A stretch of DNA of 53,965 nt, filler included, from Sphacelaria rigidula (taxonomy: Eukaryota): assembly GCA_964200075.2 (NCBI GenBank). It is 5 parts of 5 records of this genome, joined end to end, with 100 filler letters (N's around TTAATTAATTAA, not from the genome) between each part and the next. Parts side by side here need not be neighbours in the genome. Positions count along the whole stretch, not along the records: positions 1 to 10,715 come from CAXNAA020006035.1; positions 10,816 to 21,529 come from CAXNAA020006036.1; 3 more parts are not named here. The stretch is one strand, 5' to 3'. The notes below the pieces were generated by a model that was not told the origin of the DNA, did not search any database, and saw only the letters and a list, made by a program, of their open reading frames with translations. Shown here one piece after another: positions 1 through 12,400 of the stretch; position 1 is the stretch's first letter, and each line of letters opens with the position of its first letter. The position numbers were made by a program, and so were the translations under genes.

Positions 1-423
1 CTTTTTTTGTCCCCCCCCATCCTCCCCCCCCCCCCCACGCACACTGCGTTGTCCCTAGTGCCCCACCCCTCCCCCCATTCCCCCCCCCCCCCCCCCCCAA
101 TACCTACCTAAGCATTCATCATCGATTGTTGGATCAGCACTACCAAGGCCCGTCGACTTTCGTCAAGATTTTATTTTCTCCTCGCGTCCCCACGCTCCCC
201 AACAATAGAAATCAGATTATTATATTATTATCTTGTTCTCTTATTCTCAGTCACACCGTTAGAGACGTATCAACTGGTATTCAAACCCGCGTCCAACTCA
301 CAACGTCTTTTCCAAGCTGACTGTAGATGTACCACTGTCATCACCCGGGCACGACGGCATCACTACATCGCCGTAACCGCCTCCATCGGTTCCTCTGTGT
401 CGGCTCTGCTCGTACGCACCCAG

Positions 424-728
424 CAATTACGACAGATCTGGGACCTTTCGGATGCGGACAATGACAACAAGCTGTCCGTCTCGGAGTTTTGCGTAGGCAT
501 GCATTTGATTGTGTGCGCGAGCAAGAAAGGTCTCGCCATTCCCGCGACTCTGCCTCGAAGTCTTGCGCCAAGCTTTGCCCCGTCTCCGTCTCCGAATGGA
601 TCATCTGGCGCGCCTGTCCTTCAATCACCTTCGCGCCCTCTGCCCGCCGTGCAACCTTTGTCCACTCCTCCCAGCGGACGTGGTTTCTCTTTGGGAGCTG
701 CAGCGACCGACCTTGGGGATGCATTCAG
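424..728 (+). CDS. Eps15-like EH-domain protein, internal exon encoding an EH (EF-hand) domain; gene 5' end lies outside the window
   Basis: cag acceptor at 421-423; translates QLRQIWDLSDADNDNKLSVSEFCVGMHLIVCASKKGLAIPATLP, the EH-domain signature (IW.L.D.D.D..L...EF..AMHLI...G..IP..LP); ends at AG|GCAAGT (phase 2). Confidence 0.9.
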
Positions 729-870
729 GCAAGTATGGAGAGCATTCACGAACATGAGTCTGCGCTATATGTTCCGATATCTACCGCGCGTCAATTGCTG
801 AATTGACATGTTTCATATTTCATGTTGCAGTAAAAGAAACCCTGTTCCCTCCATGCGGCTGCCCTCGCAG

Positions 871-1192
871 TGAGTTGTCAGCGGACCTTCCCGTTAAGGG
901 TCCAGCGTCTTCCATTGGCAGCGAAGCTGAAAACGAGGTCACGCCACCAACGTCAAATTTGGAGCCTTCCCCAGCCGCCGCAGAGTCCTCCCTCAGCGTT
1001 GAGCAACCCCAGGATAGGCTTACATGGCGTTCAACCGATGCGCCAGCATCGGGGAAGAGCGTTTCACGAGGTGGATCCAGCGAAGGTAGCTGGATAGCCC
1101 CTGCGTCATCGCAATCGGACATACATGAGCTCACAACAGCACACAGCACTCTGATGGCAGCCACGCAGGGAGTGTCTTCTGCTCACAACCAG
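871..1192 (+). CDS. Eps15-like protein, internal exon (Ser/Pro-rich linker)
   Basis: gccctcgcag| acceptor in phase 2 joins the previous exon in frame (SELSADLPVKGP...SAHNQ); donor cag|gtgggc at 1193. Confidence 0.8.
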
Positions 1193-1285
1193 GTGGGCGT
1201 AGCGACCAACTTAACGTCACCCGGTAAACAGAATATGCGTGTGCTTGTGCTCCCTCTGACGCCGCCAACATTCGACAAGACGCAG

Positions 1286-1342
1286 CGTCTTGGTTCCCAA
1301 CGTCCGTCTTGGTTCCCAACGTCCGTCTTGGTTCCCAACGTC
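1286..1342. repeat. Intronic tandem repeat, 3 x 19 bp
   Basis: cgtcttggttcccaacgtc three times in perfect tandem, just upstream of the acceptor at 1368. Confidence 0.95.
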
Positions 1343-1368
1343 CTTATCCCATTTTGCGTGCTCGACAG

Positions 1369-1470
1369 GTGATGGCCGCGCAATCGTCGAGTGTGAACAC
1401 TGTCAGCGCACTGGTGCAGAAACTTCACCTGGAAAAGACGTCCTTGAGCGCGATGGTGGAGGCAGGAAAG
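1369..1470 (+). CDS. Eps15-like protein, internal exon (start of coiled coil)
   Basis: gacag|gtgatg ... aag|gtaacg; 34 codons, phase 0/0: VMAAQSSSVNTVSALVQKLHLEKTSLSAMVEAGK. Confidence 0.8.
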
Positions 1471-3145
1471 GTAACGTAAACTCATCCAACTAACTGGCCC
1501 TCACGATCGGTGAAGTGATCGCGAAGCTCCGAATATCTCTACAACATGCGTCAAGGAACAGCAGTTTGAACGCCGTTTTGATTCCGAGTGGTGTAGACAG
1601 TCCTGCCCTTTTTGCGCCACTCCTCTCGCTTCATTTTTCATTGCTACCGCTTCGGCCGAGACGTGTTTATAGGGCTGTGAACTGGACCAGTTTGTACTGG
1701 TAGTTGAACTGGAACTGGAGTTTATTTGAAATTTGCCGTTACCGCCTATGCTTACACCATTTTTAGTGTGGTGAATTTATATCAAAGATGCTTGCATGAT
1801 TACGAACAAAATGACAGTAGGATTGGGGTCTGCCCGTGACAACAGTACAGGTGGAGCCAGTACAGTACAGTACTCGTGGTCACTAGACCTCGAAGTCCCA
1901 TGGCGGATATATACCAGGTTTGTCGTTTCATAGCACGACATCTGGGATCAGACATAGCAAACAAACGGTAATCCGCGATCACAAAATACGGAGTACACCA
2001 TGGCTTTCGATTCAACTGTATGCGTGCTTGTGGGTCCGGAGGTGAGTCGTTTCGCGCTCTTATCCCCGCGTGTTGCCAGCCTTGGCTTTTTTGTATCCTC
2101 CTCTCCTCACGGAGAGTCTGCTGCTGCATATTACCAATGAATGGTTTTCGAATCGCTCACCGCTTTGGATGGAATTTGAAAGTCATCCAATCCGAGACCC
2201 TATACCCCTCTTTTGAATCCTGGAGTTTTTCGGGGGGGGGGGGGGAAGGGGGGGGTAACTAAATCCCATATGTTACATGAAGAAAACTGAAGAAAACCAA
2301 GCGTGAGAAAATAGACTAAAAAGTACTACAAAAATGGAATTCGTGTGAATGAATCCCTAATTCTTCGCATACCCTCGGAGCCAAGTAAGGCCAAGGTATA
2401 TTGATGGTTTTCGGCAATACATTGCACATCACACTTCCACGACAAGAACAAGACCAGACAACTACCACAATGCTCTGCAATGCTTGCTCAATCAAGCAAA
2501 CGCATCTATCTGCACCGTCAATTTGCGTCGCATCTTGGTGGAAAATAAGGCCAACAATCATGGGCGCTACCTCACCCAAGTCGCCCCCAAATGGCTGTTT
2601 ATTGAGTATTTCTTGATCTGGAGGAAGAAAAAATCCTACGACCGCCGGAGAGGGGGGGAAGGGTTGGGTACATCGGGTCTCGGAGTTTTTTTTGGGCACT
2701 CCTGTGTCATCTAAGTTTAAGCTCTTCGATGTGAGGGGTTACAATTCTACAATTTTCCACATTTTTGAAGGAAAAACAAGGCAAATAACGCAATTTTTAT
2801 CGCCTCCGGCAGCGCTGGCGCGGCCAGTTTAAACTTAACTGGCCAGAGCAGCCAGTTCACAGCCCTACGTGTTTGGGGATTCAAACAAACGCTTCTACAT
2901 GTTACTAAGTCGTGAAGCGGCTCGTTGGCGTGCATGGAACTGCCTGAAGTATGTTTGTGGCCGAGTGTTAATTTTCCCACTGATGCTCCATGACGGTAGG
3001 TATGTTTCCTCTTAATGGCCACAACGCTCCGAAGCCCACGCCACTATTGAGTATTGATACTGTGGTGGGCACCAGGCCGTACAAGTCGAACCTCGGTGAT
3101 GATAAGACGGCTCATTCGTCGACGCGGGTTTACTTGACATTTCAG

Positions 3146-3241
3146 GCTGAGCGCATGGAGAATGAACGACAGCTCCGCGTGGTGGGCGTTGAGCTGGAAA
3201 GCCTCCAGGCTGAGCTGAACAAGCTTCGGAACCAATTCCAG
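3146..3241 (+). CDS. Eps15-like protein, internal exon (coiled coil)
   Basis: tttcag|gct ... cag|gtcatg; 32 codons AERMENERQLRVVGVELESLQAELNKLRNQFQ with a heptad pattern. Confidence 0.8.
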
Positions 3242-3529
3242 GTCATGAACCTACTTAGCGTCTGCTGCTATGGATAAACTGCCACAAATGGTGTCACCCT
3301 TCGTAATTCAATTGCTCGCGTTTCGCTTTTGCTAGCATTATTGATATGGGCAAGTAAGTGCAACGGCTCTGTCCTTGACGACGAAAGGAGACCGTCGTTT
3401 TTGCATACCCAGCGGATGACACAAACGTGTTTCGCTGCTTGAGTGTAGAAAGTAAGGGGCAGGCCCGATCAAACGTTTTCTGTGTTGGTGTGACGTGATC
3501 CTCACGATTGGCCGTGATGGTATTTGCAG

Positions 3530-3643
3530 GAGGAGCAACAGGAGGCCAGGAAGTTGCGTGAACGTTTGTCACAAGCGAATCTCGAGCGAGCGGCCACCCT
3601 GGCGGAGATAAGGGTATTGAAGACAGCTCTTGGGACCCAACAG
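3530..3643 (+). CDS. Eps15-like protein, internal exon (coiled coil)
   Basis: tttgcag|gag ... cag|gtacaa; 38 codons EEQQEARKLRERLSQANLERAATLAEIRVLKTALGTQQ. Confidence 0.8.
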
Positions 3644-6435
3644 GTACAATTTATGGCTTCATCGTTCCACGTCAGCACTGTTGTTGAATTTGTGTGTGTT
3701 TGTCAGTCTTAGCAATAGTATACTTCGCAAGTTGAGCAGCTATGTGCGAGCTCGTTCCCGTGTCTTCGATAAGCAAGTATGGGGAGCAGGGTTGAGGATG
3801 TCGCGGGCGAAACGTACACTATAAGGACACCGACATATTAACCACGTGAATCTGGAGTGATGCGACGAGTGCCATGCGACCGACGTGAACTAAACCAAGG
3901 TGGGAAAAGGCGAAACAAAAGAAGCCGGCTTTATTATCATGTTTCCACTTCGTCAAGCCTGTCTTTCTGCTTGTTGGAAGGGCATCGCGAGTGCCTATAA
4001 CATGAATTCCGCTCAACGCGTCAGAGCTGACAGCCATTCAGATATATATATATATTGCAGCGACCTCAGTAGTTGGGTCGCGGTTTGCTCCCTATGTGGG
4101 TTCATGTCTACCAACAAGCCGAGGGAAAAGCTGTGTGTTTCATTGGTGGTTTTACGAGGTAGTGCGCTTCAGCATACCGGTGTATATGTGAGCGCACCCT
4201 AGCGAGCACTTGGAAGTGTCAGCGCGGGAACGATCCTACTGTGGTAATCTAGACTGAAATGAAATTGTTATAATCATGCACAAGGCAGCGGATTGACCTA
4301 AATCCAGGTAGTCTTCCAGTCGTTGCCAAACCGGTGTTTAGTGTGTAGTCTCTCGCTGAAAATGTGATATTTCTCGGAAACGCGACATGAAGCTCGCCAT
4401 GTCATGGAACGCGCTCCACTGGACGCGTCCAGGCAAGTATCCTTGTCGCGAACATCGGTTCGTTTTTTAAGCGCAAGTGGGCTGCACGTTTTCATATGCA
4501 GCAAAACTAGCAGGGGGTTCCGTCAGCTGGAATTTCTCAACGCCCGCCCCCCCTCCTCTCCTTGAGGGGAAATTTCAACCTTGCGGCGCCCTCAAGTTGC
4601 CAAACAACACAATGCTTTGGTCTCCGATATCTTCATCGATCTTTGGTGACTTGCTTTTTACGTACTTCGCTCGATGTACTGCAGGACCACGTATCTCGAT
4701 ACCATCACGTGGCATAGAGTTCCGGTTCAGTTCAGACAACATTTCTGAGAAGCCTAGAAAGTGACTTCGTGAAGCCATCGTATTTTGCGTTTGCGCAAAT
4801 CCCTTCTACTGCACGCTGCAAAGGGAGAGAGTACTGTAAATAATCGCAGGAGGATTTCTCTCGGTTTGGAGTTGTTCACACGCGATTTAGTGCAGTGGCA
4901 GCATCCAATAGTCGTTCCGTTGTATCATCCATAAGCCAAGTAAGCGATCGCAGCGTCACATGTACAAACCCGTCAGTCGACAGCTATGTGTACGACCGGT
5001 ACGTCTCGGCGCCGTAACCCGCTGTCTGTGTTGGGTGGTACGTACATGCCATGGCAGGTTGCTCATGGGTGGACATGATGTGCGGGGTATACGGGAAAGC
5101 CAGCACAAACCTCGAACTTGGAACAAAGTGCTTGAAATGTCGGACAGCAGTCGTGATGCACACAACACAAATCACACAGCACGTGGCTTGAGCTGCTGCA
5201 TGCTGCGTGAACCCCAGTGAGCGATGACACTGTTGATATACCTCGGTTGGTGGCTGCTCACATGCCCCATTTCCCTCACCCCCCCTAGTTGTATTACAGT
5301 ACAGTGCGGTAGTGTTGCGAGTTTGTTCAGATGCGCCCAGCGCATGATGGTACAGCTGTTCCACATAATACACGGTTAATTCGTTCGCAAAAACTTGTAT
5401 CATGAAAAATTCATGACGGAGTTCACCGCCTCCCCTTCCTCACGTCATCCTCATTGGCTGAAAAGTTACCCGTGTGCTAATCGTAAATGGGGATCGCGCT
5501 TCCCACAGGTGAGAAGCTGAACGCGTGCGTACGGGTGGAGTGTTTTCGGTCTTCCGAATATTCGTGCTGCCGTCACAAATTCATATGCATATCTCAATAT
5601 GCACGCGCCTCCCTACGCAACGCAAAACCCACGAAGGGCCTCGCCGCGCGTCCCGAGTCGTTCCCCATCATCGTATCAGTAGGCACTCTACCGAAGGACG
5701 AGTGAGTGAGGGTAAAATTCCGGGGTGGGGGATGTTCCCGTTTCGGAAGTTCCACGTGCCCTTGCTGCGGTGACTCTCATTCGCCACATGGTGCTGTTAA
5801 AAAAAACCGTCCAAATATTTTTTGCATAATGAATGCAGAGCGTCCTTTCATCAGTTATAGATAACTGCAGGATCGTGGCGATTCGTAAGGGGAGTGGCCA
5901 TATCGCTTGCATGTGATTTACCAATGGAGAGACCGTATACATGCAGACACCCAGCTTTCCCGAGTGTCTCCTTCCTTCATCGTACAACCCAGCGTGCGCA
6001 GTCGACACTGCGAATGATGTCGTTCATCTTCAGACTGAGGCCGCTTCGTAAGAGAATGGTACATTTTGCATATTGTGATTTCGGGATCTATTCCCTTGTT
6101 TTCCACCAGTCGTTGCGGTCGCTACAGGCCTTGGGCATCGTGAATCACCGGAGACTAGACTAGTCAAAATTTGTCTCTTTGTAGGCTCCTAATTTTGCCG
6201 GGATGCCTACTCACCGAAAACAGAACTGAACAAGTCTTCTGTGAAGGACGCCAGGCGGGTGTTTCTTCCTGTCTACCAGCAAAAACGCGGATGGATGTCA
6301 CAACTTCACGTACCCTAGAAAAAGTATTGACATTAACTCAAAAGCGGTCTCCTAGCCGATGATTTCTGCTCCAAAAACTATTTTGTTGAGACATTCCTAC
6401 TCCCACTCCCGTCGCCACGTTCAATGCGTCGCCAG

Positions 6436-7029
6436 GCCGAAATTAAACAACTTCATCAAGAGGAGGGATTGGTGGATGACACTCGAAATGCACTACAGAG
6501 CTATAAGGCCTCCATTGGGCAGACCAAGGCCACCCAAAAAACTGAGGCTTCCCAGCAACCGGTCATCACTGAGGAGACCAGTACCCCGTCTGCCGAAGGT
6601 GTGTCCTCGCCGACACCGCCGCCGCCATCAAACTTTGAAGCGAAGAGCGAGGCTCCGCCAGAGCCTGTAATGCCAGCTCGAACACCCCCACCCCCGCCAG
6701 AAAGTATGACGTCGCCACGCGTCCTGGAGGACCCATTTGCGGATATGATGAGAAAGGAAGACGTCGAGATCCAGTTACCTGCACGAACTGAAGCGCCGGT
6801 CGTGCCAGGAAGCGTGAAGCTCCAGTCTAGCGACGAAGAGAAAAATGATGGTTTCGACGCCTTCCCGCCCGTTGGCGAAGCTTTCGAGTCTGATCCATTC
6901 GCGGTCAACGGCTTCAACGGAGATGGACCGGCCGACGATCCGTTCGCGGCTACAGATGCCGCATTTACGGATGGATTCGACGCTTTCCCCGCCCCGTCTG
7001 AGGCACAATTTGATGCTTTCGGACAATAA
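6436..7029 (+). CDS. Eps15-like protein, terminal exon with DPF / FDAF adaptor-binding motifs
   Basis: gccag|gcc phase 0; encodes a Pro-rich tract, three DPF motifs (EDPF, SDPF, DDPF) and repeated FDAF, then TAA. EH + coiled coil + DPF is the Eps15 architecture. Confidence 0.85.
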   Translation, partial: AEIKQLHQEEGLVDDTRNALQSYKASIGQTKATQKTEASQQPVITEETSTPSAEGVSSPTPPPPSNFEAKSEAPPEPVMPARTPPPPPESMTSPRVLEDPFADMMRKEDVEIQLPARTEAPVVPGSVKLQSSDEEKNDGFDAFPPVGEAFESDPFAVNGFNGDGPADDPFAATDAAFTDGFDAFPAPSEAQFDAFGQ

Positions 7030-8136
7030 CGAATGAGGATTTCGTCGCTGGAGTCGGTAATATGTTTTGTGCAAAGCTTGTGAATGTCTTGAGGGATATC
7101 GTTCAAAATTGATTGTATTTGCCGTGGACCATCTTGGTGGTTTTTCGTCCGTGTATGGTCTTGTGCTGTACTTGAGTATACGGTGGCTTGAAACGTGCCA
7201 CTTGTTCTGAGACTGAAAGGGGTTGGTTGCCCTTGAGGGTTTTCGCAGGTCAGAGTTTTGTGGCGTACTGCCTTGCTTCGATAATCCAGGCAAATTTAGT
7301 GACACAGCTCCCAGGTCTAAAATGGTGTACTGGAAATATACGACTGGTTTCATATTCGTTTTTTTTTTGTTTTTCCAATCCATGGCATTGACACTTTCGT
7401 CCCCTCGTTGGAATGCACAATGAGAGTGTTCACCAAGATCGAAATGGCGTGGTTGGTTCGAAAGCGAGTAGGATTTTAATATCTGGGGTGACGTAGTTTG
7501 ATCTGGTGAGAGGTTCATCTCCGAACAGTTAACGTACTAACGTACTTTAGATGTCTCTGACCAATGAAAGGGGTGAGAGTTCCCACATTTCCCCAACAAC
7601 GACGGGACCGATAGTTCGGCATGGATGAGAAGCCTGCTGTGAGTGCGTTTTTTTTTGCAGTGATGAGTTCCCAGTTCGTGCTGTGTTTCGTCGCCCCGCA
7701 CAGTCCACGAAGAAAAAGAGAACAATCTTACAGTAGTTACCCTCGGTCCTCATTCACTTTCCCTCGACATCCTGTGCTCACGTATAAACGGAGAGGGGCG
7801 GAAGAGAACTTGCGGGGATGCTTACGCGACGACCCACCGGAGGAAGATCGGAATCGAACCTCACGACCGGTTTCTTGCGGCAAACAGCATCATCCAGTGA
7901 CCCGCACAATCACGTGCACGAGAGGGAAGACAGAAGAGAGGGTACTGAGAAGATTCAAAAGTATCAGAGGGACACAAATGAGAAAGCTATATACCAAGCC
8001 ATAATAACTAGTCGAAAGAACGTATCGCGTACAGCACCGACCGCGTCATATTCTGTTCTGCAGATGCTGGATGTTGCCTTCGCTGGATTTGTTTGCTGCT
8101 CAAGTTTTTTTCATTTTGATATTCTAGTTGCGTGTT

Positions 8137-8481
8137 GAACAGTGTTTTCGTGAGATTGAGAGTAGATGATACGATTGAGAGTGAAAAGCGGTCAGTGAAT
8201 GAATCGTTTCAGTTCCGAAATGCACTTCCACGAGGCCCAACATGTTTTCTGCAGTTACTGTAGCTGGCCACTGAGGCCCTTGATATCCCTGGGTAGGATA
8301 TCGACGTATAGCTGTACGGNNNNNNNNNCTGGTGAGGATAGCAAAGTATTTCCGGACGCAAACGCAAGTTATTGATGTAAAGAAAAGCATACGTATAATA
8401 AAAAAATGACTCATTTGAAGCGAATGATCAAAGCCACTCTCACTCGTATCATCTACTCTCAATCTCACGAAAATACTGTTG
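8137..8481 (+). mobile_element. MITE family A, copy 1 (~45-bp TIRs, 2-bp TSD TT)
   Basis: Left gaacagtgttttcgtgagattgagagtagatgatacga matches the reverse complement of the right end; flanked tt...tt; internal sequence shared with 23198-23499 and 33092-33381. Confidence 0.85.
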
Positions 8482-9355
8482 TTGGTCTTTCATCGTGGTG
8501 ATATGCCTGCTGACCGATCACGTTCCTCCCTCCGTGTGTCCTCTTCGACTTTCTCTCTGTAAAAACAATGGATGGATGGACACATGTTGTAGACCTCTCC
8601 TTGACATTTTTTGTGGGGGATAGTATCACAAAGTTGACAATGATATGGGCGCTACCCTACAGCTACTTAACCCAACCCCCCGGGTGATTGGTTCATGACT
8701 ACCTGTAAATAAAGGAGGCGGCAGTGCAATAATGCACGGCGATTTCGCCGCACATAGGTCTTCGCGGATCCAAGCTCTGGGGGCCTCGTACTGCAGTTAC
8801 GTCCGGTATATGTCATTATAGCTGCATGTCACGTAAGGGCCCGTTCAAACAAGACCAGAAAAGTGAGAATGCGACGTGAGGGTGACAGTGACCCTGGTGG
8901 TTTTGGATTTATTTGGGGGGAATGTTTCCGATTGGTTGTAAGTTGATGCCAGATTCTCATCTCCCTCGAAATCACTCTCACGAAAATGTATAATTTGGGC
9001 ATCAAATTTCGCAATCACTTTTCGTGAGAGCGAATGAACGTTCGCATGAGAACGCGAAGAGGAACGTTACATATATATATGGTTGCAAGGCGTGGGCTTT
9101 TCGGCTCGTCATGGGGCGCACCGCTGGGATTCCCATCACCAGCACTAGCTACGCGTGGAATACACACCAGACGTGCACAGCTCCCGAAGACAGATCCGCA
9201 CAGCTACATATCTCCCAGCACTTCGCCGAGTGGGCAAGCATGGACCCATCGGCGGGTACTACGGACCAGCGATTCCCAGCAGGGTGCCAATCGCGCGCAT
9301 GGTGCGCGAGTGTTGTCGCACGTTCGAAACGCGGAGCGTCTCCCGCGCGAGGACA

Positions 9356-9381
9356 AGCAGCAGCAGCAGCAGCAGCAGCAG
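9356..9381. repeat. (CAG)n microsatellite
   Basis: Pure cag run. Confidence 0.9.
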
Positions 9382-10878
9382 TATCGGCACCGGTTGATTC
9401 AGTCCTACCCCCCAACCGTGCACATTTGTTGGTAGTAAAGATGCTGCTGCTGCTGCTTCTTCTCGTACGAAAGGCGGTGTGCATCGACCTGTGACAAAGC
9501 TCATACACCGTCACTGCATTTATTTTCAGTGTGTATCACTTTTTTCTCCCCATCGATAGGAATGGCCCCTCATTTCTTGTGATGCTGAAGTTGTGAACCG
9601 TTATTTAACGAAATCGGCATTTTCCCGAAGTCACTCGCTTTCCTTCTTTCGATAAGACACCGCCTAATGAGGCAGACATCATGTATTTTTTTGTCTACTT
9701 GAAATTTGTGATTTGCACGTTGTCGACTAGCGATTCCTCCGTGTTTGAAGGTCAAAGAGCCTAGAATGGAAAATGAGTTTCAGTTTTGAATTATCATACG
9801 ACTTCGTTCTGTACCAAATATTTCGCCTCCGAAAGGAAGTGCCTCCGCCCCAGCTATTTTGATTTCTTTCAAGTCGAGATTGTTGGGCGGGGAAAGCACT
9901 TTGGTAGACGACAGTGTGTGTTGTGTGTTATCGTCCCATCTATTTTGGGCGCCGGTCTGCGCCTTTCGGTATATAGCAACATATTCGTGAAATTCAGAGC
10001 GTAATATCGGATTCAGAGTGGATGCTGTAGCGTTCCTTACAGGCAACTTTTTTTTTTTGCTTGAGCACACGTCCTGTGCATGCAGCTATCGTACAGTACC
10101 CCATTCGAGGAATTCGGCGGTCTGGTTGGTGAGATACCGCACAAAGCATTTTCACGATTGGGGGGGGGGAATTTCGGAACTGAAACAACTGTTTCAGGCA
10201 CTAATCGGTTTTTCCTGAAGGAGGGGATTTTTTGTTGCAATGGACTGACTACGTTGTTGCGATCAAGTGGTGTGTAAATTGATCGTGTAGGTGACAGCTT
10301 TCATTGAAGCCACCGCTTCACCAGCTGGGCGCATTACTCTTCGAACTGTGGCGATGTCGAAATCGACGGGAAAGTCAATTGTTTCGAGTCTCACTCTGAA
10401 TCCGATGTTTCACTCTGAATCTCACGAATATAGTTATATTTGGGCGCACCAGTCGGGGTCACACAGTAGCGAGGTCTACACAAGAGCTTTTTCTTTTTTC
10501 GTTTATTTGTTTTTAATACCCCACCTTCCTTCTGCGGTGCTCGCCTTCATTTTTCATCGCGAGAGGGGTTCAGCAGTCTATTTCCCTCGTCAACCGTTGA
10601 GTCGAATTTTGTGGACCCACAACATAGTCGCTCTCCACTGTTAACAGCCGATTTTCAAAAATGGGGTTGAAAAAAAAAATGAGGTTCAACTCAAAAGCCG
10701 TGCTTTCCCTGACCTNNNNNNNNNNNNNNNNNNNNNNNNNNNNNNNNNNNNNNNNNNNNTTAATTAATTAANNNNNNNNNNNNNNNNNNNNNNNNNNNNN
10801 NNNNNNNNNNNNNNNGGGGGGGTTGTTTGGGTGTGTCGTTGTGTTTGGTGGGCGAGGGTGTCTGGGGTTGGGTGGGGG

Positions 10879-10911
<33 letters not shown>

Positions 10912-11649
10912 GTAGTTAATGGTTCCCAAAGATATTTGTGTCTGAGGGGAGAGCCTTCTTGCGTCATGCAGGTGAGGACACGATGAATATCAGCTCTGAG
11001 ATGACGAGGAGGTTGGATTTGCTCTGGATCGCAGTTGCAACGTAGTTAATCTGCGATGACGCCAATTACGAGCGAAGGTTGTCATTCATAGTTGATTGAT
11101 TTTTCTGATCGAATGTACTGCATGACGCAAAGGATCATCTACGCAAAGGGCTATTACGTATGACGTATCGAGGAGGGGATTCAACCGTGAGTTTTCGATT
11201 GTAAAGTGGTGAATGTGCGGCGTATGCGCCCATCTGATTTGTTTGTTTCCCGGCGGGTTCGGGTTTTCTCTTTTAGTTCTTCGTAGTGTAGTATTGTCGC
11301 CAGTTCGCCAGTTCGCTTCTGCTGAGTGGGACCAAGCGAGGGTGTGTGATGAAGTGATTTGCTTCACTTACATCCACGGGTACTTACTGGAAGATATCAG
11401 ACTATCCGGCGGAGAACAGTGAGTGAGGGATATCCTTTGTCTGTACAGGCGTCAGTGCTTGCTTACAGGTGAAAATCCCGGATCATTGTTTTGGGTTGAG
11501 CAGCCACACATGAATCACCCCCCTTCGTTTCCCCCGTTCCTCCCTTCTGGTGGTGGTGTGCTCTGAGCTGAGTGCACCACTAATAACATAGCTTGTGTCT
11601 TAGAACATTTTGTCTTGTGCGTACGGGGCTGAGTGGTAGTCATGGTAAC

Positions 11650-11835
11650 TATGGGAGACATCTTCCTCGTGGCGCAGACCGGCACACTATTCCTCAAAAT
11701 CGTATCCGGTAGGCTTGTTACTTTCTACGAGAAGATCGGGATTTTTCCGGGAGAGCAACATAGATTCCTGCCCCAACGATCGACTAACGACATGATATTC
11801 GTAGCACGCCGACTGCAGGAGTTGGGGCGGGCAAG
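11650..11835 (+). pseudogene. RTE-clade LINE reverse transcriptase fragment
   Basis: GDIFLVAQTGTLFLKIVSGRL...IFPGEQHRFLPQRSTNDMIFVARRLQELGR resembles RTE RT (RGISL...GK..LKI...RL...LPE.Q.GFRP.RST.DMIF..RRLQE). Confidence 0.8.
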
Positions 11836-12079
11836 CAATATCTCACTGATTTGATTGATTGATTTTTTGTCGCACTTTAACTGACCCCCCAGGGGTCCAG
11901 CCGTGGTCTCATGATAGACGTACGTACCCAAGAAAAACGGAGTTCAAACATGCTCCAAGGAAAAATAAAAAAAAAGCAACATAAGACAATAGGAACAGGA
12001 AAAATAAATAAAAAGAAAGAGGGGTCGGACAGAACGACATAGCAGACTAAGTCGTGACAAAAAAACTGAACATGTGCGT

Positions 12080-12400
12080 AATTGGCCTGCAGAAGGCATG
12101 AGACTCCGCAGCCCTCGTGGGGAGATCTCGTCCGTTCGGAGTCCTGGCCGGTCCTTCCAAACACTGGAGAGACTGCCTCCAGGACAACCAGCGCGCCTTT
12201 GGGGCTATCCCACGTAAGGAGGAACGCAGCAAGTGGTTCATGTACGGTATTGAGGAAGACTCGGAAAGCTGGGTGACTGGCGCTTAGAGCGTGGGCAAAC
12301 GTGGGGGTCAAGACGAGAGCGGAGGAGTTCGAGGAGCCGTGGCGACGCAAAGACCGTCTTCGGTCTGACCTGCATCACAGAAAAGAGAAGATTGGGAGAA
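12080..12400 (+). pseudogene. Probable 3' end of the same RTE LINE ORF (decayed)
   Basis: GRPSKHWRDCLQDNQRAFGAI resembles the GRP...W.DC...D...FGI C-terminal motif of RTE ORFs; same strand and downstream of the RT fragment. Confidence 0.55.

Noticed and set aside
1..100. C-rich tract resembling a G-quadruplex on the minus strand (also G runs at 10816-10911)
   Set aside because: Homopolymer-rich sequence at contig or window ends, where base calls are unreliable.
6501..7518. Long minus-strand ORFs (201 and 247 aa)
   Set aside because: Largely antisense shadows of the Eps15-like terminal exon and its 3' UTR; no recognisable motif. A terminal exon of the coiled-coil gene here could not be supported.
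10716..10815. Palindromic TTAATTAATTAA embedded in N runs (also ~21574, ~32386, ~43198)
   Set aside because: Artificial scaffolding linker with stops in all frames; it also means adjacency across these gaps is uncertain.
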